NCBI GenBank assembly: GCA_035500675.1
Contig: DATJXA010000106.1
Span: 213 to 64,212 of the forward strand
DNA length: 64,000 nt
Direction of reading: 5' to 3'
Origin: Bacteroidota bacterium
GTDB taxonomy: Bacteria > Bacteroidota > Ignavibacteria > UBA10030 > UBA8401
The position numbers and the translations under genes are program-made. Below, piece by piece: positions 36,347 to 45,149 of the stretch. The notes under the pieces were generated by a model. That model was given only the letters and a program-made list of their open reading frames with translations, had not been told where the DNA came from and did not search any database. Every line of letters starts with the position of its first letter. The stretch's first letter is position 1.

Positions 36347-37522
36347 TTAATCCATTATCTTTCGCAAAAACGCCGGCTTGTCGGTTTCGTTATGGTCGGT
36401 CGTCGGCTGGGCAAACCGTGATTCGCTGGATTGCATAGAAGGCGACGGGATCTGGAATCCCTTCCGAATGTACGCCGGTTCGTCCATTTTTTTGAGATCC
36501 TGCACTCCCGTCGGGATGTGGTCCAGGACTCGGACATTCTTTGCCGGCCTCGCAGTGGCGGACGCCTTCCTGTTGAAACCGGTCGCAATGACGGTCACCA
36601 TCAATTCTTCGGTCATCGATTCATCGATCACGGCTCCGAGAATGACGTTTGCATCGTCGCCAGCCGCTTCGTGAATAATGCTCGTCGCTTCGTCCACCTC
36701 AATGAGCGAAAGGTTCTTCCCGCCGGTGATGTTGACGAGGACGCCTTGCGCGCCGGCGATCGAAACTCCTTCCAGCAGCGGGCTTGAGATCGCTGCGTTC
36801 GCAGCTTCAACGGCGCGGTTCTCTCCCGTTGCAACGCCCGACCCCATCAATGCGTCTCCCATTTCGCGCATGATCGTTCTAACGTCGGCGAAATCGAGGT
36901 TGATCAATCCCGGCACGGTAATGAGTTCGGAGATACCGCGCGTCGCATTATGGAGCACGCGGTTGCATATTTCAAACGCTTCCTCGAGCGGCGTGGTTTT
37001 CTCGACGATGGAAAGCAGCTTCTGGTTGGGAATGACGATCAGCGTGTCGACTTGTTTCTTCAATTCCTCCAGACCGTATTCCGCCTGCATCAATCGCTTC
37101 TTGCCCTCGCAATTGAACGGCTTGGTGACGATGCCGACAACGAGCGCGCCGAGGCTTTTTGCGATGTTCGCGACGACGGGACCGCCGCCGGTCCCCGTGC
37201 CGCCTCCCATTCCGGCGGTAATGAATACCATGTCGCTCCCTGCAAGCGCGCGCGCTATCTCTTCACGATCTTCCTCGGCAGCACGGTGTCCGATGTTAGG
37301 ATCCGCTCCCGCGCCAAGCCCTCGCGTTAAACTTTTGCCGATCTGGATCTTGTTTGGGGCGTCAGTACGCTCGAGAGCCTGTGTGTCGGTGTTGATGCAG
37401 ATGAAATCGACTCCGCTCAGGCCTTTGTCGATCATGCTAACGATCGCGTTGCTCCCGCCACCGCCAACTCCCACTACGCGGATCTTGGCGCCGCCGTCTT
37501 TGGGGTTGTCAAGTTCTATCAT
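36347..37522 (-). CDS. ftsZ: cell division GTPase FtsZ
   Basis: [11 protein letters not shown] and the tubulin signature [22 protein letters not shown] upstream. Confidence 0.97.
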   Translation of the reverse strand: MIELDNPKDGGAKIRVVGVGGGGSNAIVSMIDKGLSGVDFICINTDTQALERTDAPNKIQIGKSLTRGLGAGADPNIGHRAAEEDREEIARALAGSDMVFITAGMGGGTGTGGGPVVANIAKSLGALVVGIVTKPFNCEGKKRLMQAEYGLEELKKQVDTLIVIPNQKLLSIVEKTTPLEEAFEICNRVLHNATRGISELITVPGLINLDFADVRTIMREMGDALMGSGVATGENRAVEAANAAISSPLLEGVSIAGAQGVLVNITGGKNLSLIEVDEATSIIHEAAGDDANVILGAVIDESMTEELMVTVIATGFNRKASATARPAKNVRVLDHIPTGVQDLKKMDEPAYIRKGFQIPSPSMQSSESRFAQPTTDHNETDKPAFLRKIMD

Positions 37523-37605
37523 TGCTACTCCTTTGTGTTAGGTGAGTGATGTGTGTGTAAGTTTATAATTTCAGGTTATATTCTCGGCCATGAGTCAACA
37601 GTTAT

Positions 37606-37640
37606 CAGTAAGTAGTAAGCAGTAAGCAGTAAGCAGTAAG
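37606..37640. repeat. five tandem heptamers (CAGTAAG), complement of the 16.4 kb array
   Basis: cagtaag tagtaag cagtaag cagtaag cagtaag, in the ftsA-ftsZ spacer. Confidence 0.95.
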
Positions 37641-37660
37641 CAACATATTTCACAGAGTAT

Positions 37661-37690
37661 CACTGATAGCTGTTAATTGTTCACTGTTTT
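37661..37690. repeat. CTGTTRATTG-word cassette overlapping the ftsA stop codon
   Basis: cactgatagctgttaattgttcactgtttt. A 13-nt exact match tagctgttaattg (37667-37679) is shared with 42262-42274. Confidence 0.9.
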
Positions 37691-38927
37691 ACAACTCGTC
37701 GAACCACCCTTTCATCCTTTTGAGTATCGTCGGAAATTTTCCATCCATTTTCATTTTCGTGATGTTCTCGATATTCGGCCGTTGGCGATGTTTGATTGCA
37801 TGATGAACAAGACCGACGCCCGTCGCGTACATCGGATTTTCTATTTCGCGGACAAGCCCGCCGCGGAAACCTTGCGGGATCCCTATTTTCACCGGCATCC
37901 CGAGCACTTCGCGGGCAAGATCGGCGGTGCCTTTAATGAGCGATCCGCCTCCGGTAAGAACAACGCCGGCAGAAAGATGTTTTTGGTAGCCGGATCGTTT
38001 GATTTCCATCGCAGCGATCTCTAAAATTTCTTCCATGCGCGGCTGGATGATCTGGCATAACAACCGTTTGTCGATATCGAGGGGCGGCCTGCCTCCGATG
38101 CCCGGGACGGTGATCGGTTCGTTGTCCATGACCGACGGGAGATGCGCATGGCCATGTGTGATTTTCAATTGTTCCGCTTGTTCTGAAAGAATGCCGAGCC
38201 CCCTGCGAATATCATCCGTCACTTTTTTTCCGGCGATACCGATGACCGCTGTGTGGCGGATTGTCCTGTCCTCAAACACTGCGAGGTCGGTCGTCCCTCC
38301 GCCGATATCGACGAGCGCCACGCCAACCTCTTTTTCCTCTTTATCGAGCACTGCATCGCTCGAAGCGATCGGCTCGAGCACGATGTCGCTTACCGAAACG
38401 CCGGCCCGCTGTACGCACTTAAGAATGTTCTGGGCCGCAGAAACGAGCCCGGTGATGATATGCACGTTCGCTTCCATCCGAACCCCGGACATGCCCACGG
38501 GGTCGTACACGCCGTCTTGCCCGTCGACGATGAATTCTTGCGGGATGACGTGAATAATTTTTCTGTCGGACGGCAGCGCCACTTTTTTTGTGTCTTCGAT
38601 GAGGCGGTCGACATCTGCCTGCGTAATTTCCTGCTCCGGCCCGCTAATGGCGATGACGCCCCGGCTTTGGAAGCTCTGGACGTGGTCGCCGGCGATGCCC
38701 GCTACTACGGTTTGAATTTTCGCTCCCGATTGCAGCTCGGCTTCGCGTACAGCCGCCTGAATGGAGGCGATGGTTTTCTCGATATGAGTAATTACGCCGC
38801 GGGTCAAACCTTCGGACTTGCTTTTTCCGATACCTAAAATGTTCACTTCGTTATTTTCGCTCAGCGACGCGACAATGGCGCACACTTTTGTCGTGCCGAT
38901 GTCGAGCCCTACATAGATATTTTCCAT
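37689..38927 (-). CDS. ftsA: cell division protein FtsA
   Basis: Actin-fold motifs VGLDIGTTKV and VDIGGGTTD. Located upstream of ftsZ. Confidence 0.95.
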   Translation of the reverse strand: MENIYVGLDIGTTKVCAIVASLSENNEVNILGIGKSKSEGLTRGVITHIEKTIASIQAAVREAELQSGAKIQTVVAGIAGDHVQSFQSRGVIAISGPEQEITQADVDRLIEDTKKVALPSDRKIIHVIPQEFIVDGQDGVYDPVGMSGVRMEANVHIITGLVSAAQNILKCVQRAGVSVSDIVLEPIASSDAVLDKEEKEVGVALVDIGGGTTDLAVFEDRTIRHTAVIGIAGKKVTDDIRRGLGILSEQAEQLKITHGHAHLPSVMDNEPITVPGIGGRPPLDIDKRLLCQIIQPRMEEILEIAAMEIKRSGYQKHLSAGVVLTGGGSLIKGTADLAREVLGMPVKIGIPQGFRGGLVREIENPMYATGVGLVHHAIKHRQRPNIENITKMKMDGKFPTILKRMKGWFDEL

Positions 38928-38940
38928 ACTGCTTCCTTTT

Positions 38941-39750
38941 CTATGACGCTTTTTTCATGATTTGTTGATCCCCACTTTTCGATGAAACGACGACCTGACC
39001 GTCGAATCGCACATCGATGTAACGGATATTTTGAGCACCTTGGTCAGCCACAAATTTTTTCCAGAACGTATCGAGCGTCACCAGTTTTCTGGCCGCATCT
39101 CCCCGTCCGAAAATGATCGGAACTCCGGTGTCTGCGGAATACAAGACAATGTCGTGTCCGCTGTGAATACGGACTTCGGAGATCATGTGTGAAAGCTCCG
39201 TACTTACCTTTTGCGCCGTGGTAATGATGTCGATGGCGGCAAGGATATCTGGTTGCGGAGCGCGTTGGCCGACGCTGAGCGCCGAGACCGAGTCGAGTCC
39301 GCTGATGACCGGTAGATCGAAAATCGATTGCGATGCAACATGAGGTAGAACATAGCCGTCTTCGTCTACGCTCAGGAGATCGCTTCGCCCGGGGATAAGG
39401 AGAAGGGCAATCGGCGTACGTTCCTGTACGTAAACCTTGATCGTCGCCGGTGCGTCGCGCGTGACGGTGACTTTTTTGATGAAGTTATTCCGCGCAATGT
39501 TCTTTTGGATCGAGCTCAGATCGACGTCGTACATTTTTGTGTTCAGCGAAATTCCCGTGAGCTTCACAATTTCATCCGGCGTGACGATATGTTCTCCCTC
39601 AACGACAATACCGCGGACAGTAAGGTGGTCCGTCCATTGCATGGCGCCGAGCCACACGGCGACAACGAGCACAAGAAGAGAAATAAAAATTGCGTAGACC
39701 CTCTTTCCATGTCCTTCGCCGTGTTTTCCGATGAAAGCTTCTTCTGCCAT
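38941..39750 (-). CDS. ftsQ: cell division protein FtsQ (TM + POTRA)
   Basis: A single TM helix (VYAIFISLLVLVVAVWLGA) is followed by a POTRA-like segment, VRGIVVEGEHIVTPDEIVKLTGI. Located between murB and ftsA. Confidence 0.8.
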   Translation of the reverse strand: MAEEAFIGKHGEGHGKRVYAIFISLLVLVVAVWLGAMQWTDHLTVRGIVVEGEHIVTPDEIVKLTGISLNTKMYDVDLSSIQKNIARNNFIKKVTVTRDAPATIKVYVQERTPIALLLIPGRSDLLSVDEDGYVLPHVASQSIFDLPVISGLDSVSALSVGQRAPQPDILAAIDIITTAQKVSTELSHMISEVRIHSGHDIVLYSADTGVPIIFGRGDAARKLVTLDTFWKKFVADQGAQNIRYIDVRFDGQVVVSSKSGDQQIMKKAS

Positions 39751-40670
39751 TAGTCCGCCACCTCTACAACTTCTTGTTCCCGAAATCCGATCAGCTTCAC
39801 CTCGAGTTCCAACGTGATTCCGCTTTTCTCGAAAACCTCTTTCCGGGCTAGTTTCACGAGATCGAGCACGTCCTGCGCTTTAGCATGGCCGTGGTTGACG
39901 ATAAAATTACCGTGGCGTTCCGAGATCTGCGCTCCGCCGATGCGTTTTCCTTTCAACCCGGCTTCCTCGACAAGCTTCGCGGCGAATGTCCCGGAAGGAT
40001 TTTTAAACATACTTCCGGAATTCGGCAAGTTGAGCGGCTGCGATTGGTTCCTCTTCAAGAGGAGTTCTCTGCGCCGGCGAAGAAGCTCCGCCAAATCGCC
40101 CTGCGGCAAAAGGAACGATGCATTAAGAACGACATCGCGTGTAAAACCCGATCGCCGGTACGAAAATCCTGCCGAATCTTTTTTCACTTTTTGAATGGTA
40201 TCGTCTCTGTAGATTTCGATATCGACAAGGTGGTCGGAGATCTCGCCGCCGTACGCCCCGGCGTTCATGATCACCGCGCCGCCGATCGTCCCCGGTATCC
40301 CGGCAAGCATCTCCACGCCCCCTTTTTCGTGCTGGATGCAGAAATCGACAAATTTGCTCAGCCTCACGCCCGAATCGGCGACGATGAGGTCGCGGTCAAT
40401 GCTCACATTGCCCATACCTTCCTCGAGGTTGATCGCCGCCCCACGAAAACCGGCGTCGCTGATGAGGAGGTTCGAGCCTTTACCGATAATCATAAATCGG
40501 TATTCAAATTTTTTGAAAAATCGGACCACCTCGATGAGGTCAAATTTATCGACGGGTTCGAGATAAAAGTCTGCCGGACCTCCGATACGAAAGGAAGTAT
40601 ACTTCGCCAACGGCTCGGCCACTGCGACGTGCCCTCGAAAAACTTTCCGTATGTCTTCGACAGAAACCAT
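39750..40670 (-). CDS. murB: UDP-N-acetylenolpyruvoylglucosamine reductase
   Basis: FAD-binding region FRIGGPADFY...IIGKGSNLL. The C-terminus is NSGSMFKNP...GGAQISERHGNFIVN. Confidence 0.92.
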   Translation of the reverse strand: MVSVEDIRKVFRGHVAVAEPLAKYTSFRIGGPADFYLEPVDKFDLIEVVRFFKKFEYRFMIIGKGSNLLISDAGFRGAAINLEEGMGNVSIDRDLIVADSGVRLSKFVDFCIQHEKGGVEMLAGIPGTIGGAVIMNAGAYGGEISDHLVDIEIYRDDTIQKVKKDSAGFSYRRSGFTRDVVLNASFLLPQGDLAELLRRRRELLLKRNQSQPLNLPNSGSMFKNPSGTFAAKLVEEAGLKGKRIGGAQISERHGNFIVNHGHAKAQDVLDLVKLARKEVFEKSGITLELEVKLIGFREQEVVEVAD

Positions 40671-40687
40671 TAAAGCAATTAATAATG

Positions 40688-40753
40688 AAGAATGAATAAT
40701 TAATTATTCAAACTGTATTGAGATCAATCCTTAACTATTAATTATTCATTCTT
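40688..40753. repeat. AT-rich element with a perfect 17-bp inverted repeat (AATTAAGAATGA word family)
   Basis: The arms are aagaatgaataattaat (40688-40704) and attaattattcattctt (40737-40753). The first arm also contains a 16-nt self-palindrome, gaataattaattattc (40694-40709). The second arm encodes the last MurC residues (RMNN-stop). Confidence 0.95.
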
Positions 40754-42123
40754 AATTGTTTTAAAAATTCTTCTCCAAACTTCCAAATATCTCCCGCCCC
40801 CATGGTAATGACGATGTCACCGGGCTTTGTATGTCGTTTCAAATATTCCGGAATGTTCTTTTTATCCTGCACATAATGAACGTCTTTGTGGCCGAATTGC
40901 TTTGCCGCATTAGTGATCAGCTCTCCGGTGACGCCTTGGATCGGCTCTTCTCGTGCAGGATAGACATCCGTAACGATGAGAACGTCGGCGAGGAGAAATG
41001 CTTTGCCAAACTCTTCATAAAAATCCCTCGTGCGTGAAAAGAGATGCGGCTGGAACACGCACACGACTCTTCTCCGCCAGCCCGATTTTACCCCCGAAAG
41101 CGTTGCTTTACATTCTGTGGGATGATGAGCGTAATCATCGTACACTGCGATACCGTTCGCTTCTCCCTTTTTTTCCCATCGACGATACACGCCCGTAAAT
41201 TTTTCGATTCCCGCCTTTACTTTTGAGAACGGAATTCCAAGCTCCAAGCCGACCGCGATCGCTGCAAGCGCGTTCTGCACGTTGTGCTTCCCGGGGATCT
41301 GCAGAACGATTCTTCCGAGTTCGTCGGAACCCTTCACAACGGTAAAGGTGCTGGTGTTCTCCTTGAACACGATATCGACCGCCTGAATATCGGCCTGAGG
41401 CGTAAGGCCGTACGTGAGCAGCTTTTTTTTAATAAGCTGCGGCATAATATCTTGGAGGGCCGGTTCATCGAGACACAGAACAACAAAACCATAGAAAGGA
41501 ACTTTCGTCGCAAACTGAACGAACGCTCCTTTGATGTCTTCAAGATCGCGATAACAATCGAGATGATCGGTCTCGAGCGTCGTCAACACGGCGACCGTCG
41601 GAGTAATTGACAGAAACGAGCGATCGAACTCATCCGCCTCTACAACGATGAAGTCTCCTCTCCCCAAGCGCGCATTCGTTCCCCCAAGTCCGCTGAGCTT
41701 CCCTCCAACGATCACCGTCGGATCGAGTCCTCCTTCCATAAGCACAAGGCTCACCATCGAAGTCGTTGTCGTTTTTCCGTGCGTCCCGGCGATGCCGATA
41801 CCGTACTTAAGACGCATCACTTCCGCCAGCATCTCAGCGCGGCGAACGATCGGGATCTTCCGGCTTTTTGCTTCGGCCACCTCCGGGTTTTCGAGCATCA
41901 CCGCGGAAGAATACACAAGCGTGTCTACATCCCGAGCTACGTTTGCGCTTTTGTGCCCTTCAAAAATTGTCGCGCCAAGTGATTGGAGACGTTCCGTCAC
42001 CTCGCTGAGCGATCTATCCGACCCGCTCACCGAAAATCCTTGATCCAACAATATCTCAGCAATCCCGCTCATACCAATTCCGCCGATACCAACAAAATGA
42101 ATTTTCTTTATTGAACTGAACAT
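40738..42123 (-). CDS. murC: UDP-N-acetylmuramate--L-alanine ligase
   Basis: HFVGIGGIGMSGIA and GTHGKTTTTSM. Confidence 0.95.
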   Translation of the reverse strand: MFSSIKKIHFVGIGGIGMSGIAEILLDQGFSVSGSDRSLSEVTERLQSLGATIFEGHKSANVARDVDTLVYSSAVMLENPEVAEAKSRKIPIVRRAEMLAEVMRLKYGIGIAGTHGKTTTTSMVSLVLMEGGLDPTVIVGGKLSGLGGTNARLGRGDFIVVEADEFDRSFLSITPTVAVLTTLETDHLDCYRDLEDIKGAFVQFATKVPFYGFVVLCLDEPALQDIMPQLIKKKLLTYGLTPQADIQAVDIVFKENTSTFTVVKGSDELGRIVLQIPGKHNVQNALAAIAVGLELGIPFSKVKAGIEKFTGVYRRWEKKGEANGIAVYDDYAHHPTECKATLSGVKSGWRRRVVCVFQPHLFSRTRDFYEEFGKAFLLADVLIVTDVYPAREEPIQGVTGELITNAAKQFGHKDVHYVQDKKNIPEYLKRHTKPGDIVITMGAGDIWKFGEEFLKQLRMNN

Positions 42124-42177
42124 GTGCCTTTTCTACAAAAGTCCGTTAAAACTACAACCTTTGATGTGTGTAATGGT

Positions 42178-42230
42178 TATACGTCATACGTATTACGTAA
42201 AACGTATAACGTGTAACGTGTAACGTAATA
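42178..42230. repeat. ACGT-word cassette (GTAACGT heptamer-like)
   Basis: tatacgtcatacgtattacgtaaaacgtataacgtgtaacgtgtaacgtaata. An 18-nt exact match is shared with 11476-11493. Confidence 0.95.
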
Positions 42231-42240
42231 CCTTCCATCC

Positions 42241-42275
42241 TGACTGTTCATTGTTAATTGCTAGCTGTTAATTGA
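42241..42275. repeat. CTGTTRATTG-word cassette overlapping the stop of the 168-aa gene
   Basis: tgactgttcattgttaattgctagctgttaattga. It encodes the C-terminal SINS-stop of the 168-aa protein. Confidence 0.9.
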
Positions 42276-42767
42276 CCTCTTCCTTCCAACCCTAAACCGT
42301 CGACCATCTCCTTTCGGCACGCGAGCGGCAACACGCTCCATTTCCGCGAGAAGTTCTTTCTCGCGTTCATACCTACCAACGCGGATGCGATACAACCTGC
42401 GCCTCCCGTTCACCTTGAAAACGATGACCTGGAACCGCCCGGCCGTTTGTACAGCTTTCTCGCGGCCGATGTGAAGCCATTCGATGCTGGAGAACAAAAT
42501 TTCCCGGCGCGCAAATTTGTGCTGAAAAACTATCGCATCGTTTTCAACGACCAGCTTGCGGTCGCGTATCCTGTTTAGCAGAAGCGTGACAAACGCGACG
42601 ACAACGAAGAAACCGATGATGTAGAGAATCGGGTCCCTAAAAACAAAGGTGAACTCGTTCTCAATAAAACTCCCTTTGACTCCCGCATACAGGATGAACG
42701 TGACAAGATAAATCAGCGCTTGCTGGTAATAAAAATCGAGCTTGTATTTGAATTCCTTCGGCTGCAT
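42261..42767 (-). CDS. hypothetical two-TM membrane protein with a probable bacterial PH-like C-terminal domain
   Basis: 168 aa. Two hydrophobic helices (ALIYLVTFILYAGV and ILYIIGFFVVVAFVTLLL). These are followed by a beta-rich ~80-aa region capped by the helix EKELLAEMERVAARV and a basic tail. It starts 3 nt after murG ends. Confidence 0.6.
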   Translation of the reverse strand: MQPKEFKYKLDFYYQQALIYLVTFILYAGVKGSFIENEFTFVFRDPILYIIGFFVVVAFVTLLLNRIRDRKLVVENDAIVFQHKFARREILFSSIEWLHIGREKAVQTAGRFQVIVFKVNGRRRLYRIRVGRYEREKELLAEMERVAARVPKGDGRRFRVGRKRSINS

Positions 42768-42770
42768 AAT

Positions 42771-43877
42771 TTATATCAATTGCGCAAGCGCAAGAATTTT
42801 CGAAGCAATTTCTGATCCGGCGTTCGGTCTTCCGAGCTTCCGGCTCTTTCCCGCCATCTCACTGAGGCGTGCAGGATGGGAAAACATTTCCACGATCGTT
42901 GACATCGCTTTTGTCTCCAATTCGGAATCTTTCAACATCACAGCGGCGTCCGCTTCCACCATCGCCTGCGCGTTAAGCTCCTGATGGTTTGCAGCGGCGT
43001 GAGGATACGGAATCAAGATCGCCGGCTTGCCTAATCGCGTTAACTCCGCAATGGTTGTCGCGCCCGACCTGCACATAACGAGGTCAGCGGCGGCGTATGC
43101 GTGCTCGATGTTATCGATAAACTTCCCAACCCAAACGCCGATATTTTTCATCCGTTCGTAGCGCTCAAAATCTTTTTCGCCCGTCTGCCAGATAATTTGA
43201 ATGTCCTGCTCGGCGAGTCTCTTGACGAATTTTTCCATTGCGCTGTTCAATGAAACCGCGCCAAGACTGCCGCCGAAAACAAGAACCGTACCCTTCGCCG
43301 GATCTAAATTGAAAAATTTGGCGCCGGCCTCCCGAGAAATCGAGCCCAACGCCGCACGAGTCGGGTTTCCGACAAGTTCAATGCGAGCTGCTGTGCTCGT
43401 GGGAAGCCATTTTCTCGTCACATCGAACGTGAGAAAAATTTTCGTCGCCTTCCCGGCTATAAGCCGTGTCGTGACCCCCGGGTAGCTATTGCTTTCGTGG
43501 ATCACTGTCGGAATCCGGAGTAGGGATGCCGCATACAATATCGGTCCGCAAACGTACCCTCCCGTACCAATGACGACCTTGGGCTTAAACCTTCGAATGA
43601 GAAAGAACGACTGCGCTAATGAGACAACGACCTTGACCGGAAAAAGGAGGTTCCCGGCCGTTAATCGCCGGTGGAGGCCGCTGATCCAAATTGTAAAGAA
43701 CTCGAAACCTTTTGAAGGAACGACTCGCGCCTCGATTTTATTTTTCGTTCCGACAAATCCAATGTTTACATCACTCTTTTGTTTCTTTATTTCTTCAGCG
43801 ATTGCAATGGCCGGGAAAAGATGCCCGCCTGTGCCGCCGGCTGCAAAAAGAATTGCCGTCGAGTCTGCTTTAGACAT
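42771..43877 (-). CDS. murG: undecaprenyldiphospho-muramoylpentapeptide beta-N-acetylglucosaminyltransferase
   Basis: ILFAAGGTGGHLFPAIA N-terminus with a GT28-type C-terminal half. Confidence 0.95.
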   Translation of the reverse strand: MSKADSTAILFAAGGTGGHLFPAIAIAEEIKKQKSDVNIGFVGTKNKIEARVVPSKGFEFFTIWISGLHRRLTAGNLLFPVKVVVSLAQSFFLIRRFKPKVVIGTGGYVCGPILYAASLLRIPTVIHESNSYPGVTTRLIAGKATKIFLTFDVTRKWLPTSTAARIELVGNPTRAALGSISREAGAKFFNLDPAKGTVLVFGGSLGAVSLNSAMEKFVKRLAEQDIQIIWQTGEKDFERYERMKNIGVWVGKFIDNIEHAYAAADLVMCRSGATTIAELTRLGKPAILIPYPHAAANHQELNAQAMVEADAAVMLKDSELETKAMSTIVEMFSHPARLSEMAGKSRKLGRPNAGSEIASKILALAQLI

Positions 43878-43912
43878 ACATGCTTCTAAAAAAACTTTTG
43901 ACCAACTCTTCC

Positions 43913-43960
43913 ATCATTCCAACATTCCATCATCCCACCATCCCACCATTCCATCACACT
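43913..43960. repeat. six tandem octamers (AYCATYCC consensus)
   Basis: atcattcc aacattcc atcatccc accatccc accattcc atcacact, in the ftsW-murG spacer. The complementary word gatgaatgatgg occurs at 62178-62189. Confidence 0.95.
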
Positions 43961-43967
43961 ATCCGGG

Positions 43968-45146
43968 TTAATAGATCTTTCCAACTGCCGGCTCACTTTG
44001 CTCGATAGGAGGTGATTCATTCACAACCCGCGCTTGCCTCGGATGCAGATCGGTATGGCTCGAAATGTTGAGCAGAACGCCGATCGCAAACGACGAAAAT
44101 ACTATCGCCGACCCGCCGTAACTCACGAACGGCATCGGCAATCCCGTCGTTGGGAACAATCCAAGCGTCACCAACGCATTGCCTAACGCATAGACGACAA
44201 TTGTCGACGTGATTCCGATTGCCAGAAATTTTCCAAAATCATCCGGCGCATTTTTTGCGATCTTGAAACCGCGAAGGAGAATAGTTAAAAAAAGAGCCAT
44301 GAAGATCATTGTGCCGATAAATCCGTACTCTTCTCCCACGATCGAGAACACAAAATCTCCGTACGACTCGGGCAGAAAAAGATCGCGCTGCTTGCTTGCT
44401 CCCATGCCGACCCCGAACAGCCCTCCGTTGCCGAAGCCGATGATCCCTTGCCACAATTGATAATTCGCTTTGCTGGGAGCCGCCGTCGCATCGCCGTGAC
44501 CGATAAAAGTCATAATTCGCTTCATCCGGTATTGCGCGCTCACCATATATAAAAGGACGACAGGAATGAGGGCGAGCATCGCATAAAAAATATGTTTAAA
44601 CCTGGCTCCGCCGGTATAGATCATGACCATCCCGAGGATGAAGATCATCGCTCCCGTGCTGAAGTTCGGCTGCAGCATGACAAGCACGACCACGCTTCCC
44701 ACCCAGAGTATAAGCGGAAGAAAACCTTCCTTGAGATCCTGAAGCTTTGTCCCTTTCGTTGCCAGGAGGGCGCTGAGATGGAACACGAGCGCAAACTTCG
44801 CCGCTTCGGACGGCTGGAGACTGAATCCACCAAGACTCAACCAGCGTGCCGCTCCTTTAATTTCCCCGCCGACAGCAAGCGTAAAGAAAAGAAGGACAAG
44901 GCATGCAATGAGAGCAAACTTTGTCAGTTTTTTATAGTAATGATAATCGATACTCATAGCGATGAAGATCGCCGCAAACCCGACGAGGACTTTAATGATA
45001 TGCCTGTCCACCAACCCGCTTGTTGCGCCATATTTTTGCAGCGCCCATGTCGACGACGCACTATACACGACGACGGTGCTCGCGACCATGAGAAAAAGGA
45101 CGACGATGAGCACGACCCTGTCAATATGGTTCCGTTCTGCTTGCAC
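43968..45146 (-). CDS. ftsW: SEDS-family lipid II flippase / peptidoglycan polymerase FtsW
   Basis: 392 aa with about 10 TM helices. It carries the conserved C-terminal region LPTTGLPMPFVSYGGSA. Located between murD and murG. Confidence 0.92.
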   Translation of the reverse strand: MQAERNHIDRVVLIVVLFLMVASTVVVYSASSTWALQKYGATSGLVDRHIIKVLVGFAAIFIAMSIDYHYYKKLTKFALIACLVLLFFTLAVGGEIKGAARWLSLGGFSLQPSEAAKFALVFHLSALLATKGTKLQDLKEGFLPLILWVGSVVVLVMLQPNFSTGAMIFILGMVMIYTGGARFKHIFYAMLALIPVVLLYMVSAQYRMKRIMTFIGHGDATAAPSKANYQLWQGIIGFGNGGLFGVGMGASKQRDLFLPESYGDFVFSIVGEEYGFIGTMIFMALFLTILLRGFKIAKNAPDDFGKFLAIGITSTIVVYALGNALVTLGLFPTTGLPMPFVSYGGSAIVFSSFAIGVLLNISSHTDLHPRQARVVNESPPIEQSEPAVGKIY

Positions 45147-45149
45147 GTT

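Noticed and set aside
36678-37541. Long plus-strand ORFs opposite real genes. Examples are 36678-37541 (287 aa, opposite ftsZ), 39885-40673 (opposite murB), 46662-47441 (opposite mraY), 59138-59935, 22717-23511 and 35507-36103.
   Set aside because: Each lies entirely antisense to a minus-strand gene with unmistakable family motifs. Their translations are Arg/Ser/Pro-rich with no recognisable motifs. They are shadow ORFs favoured by the codon bias of the sense strand.
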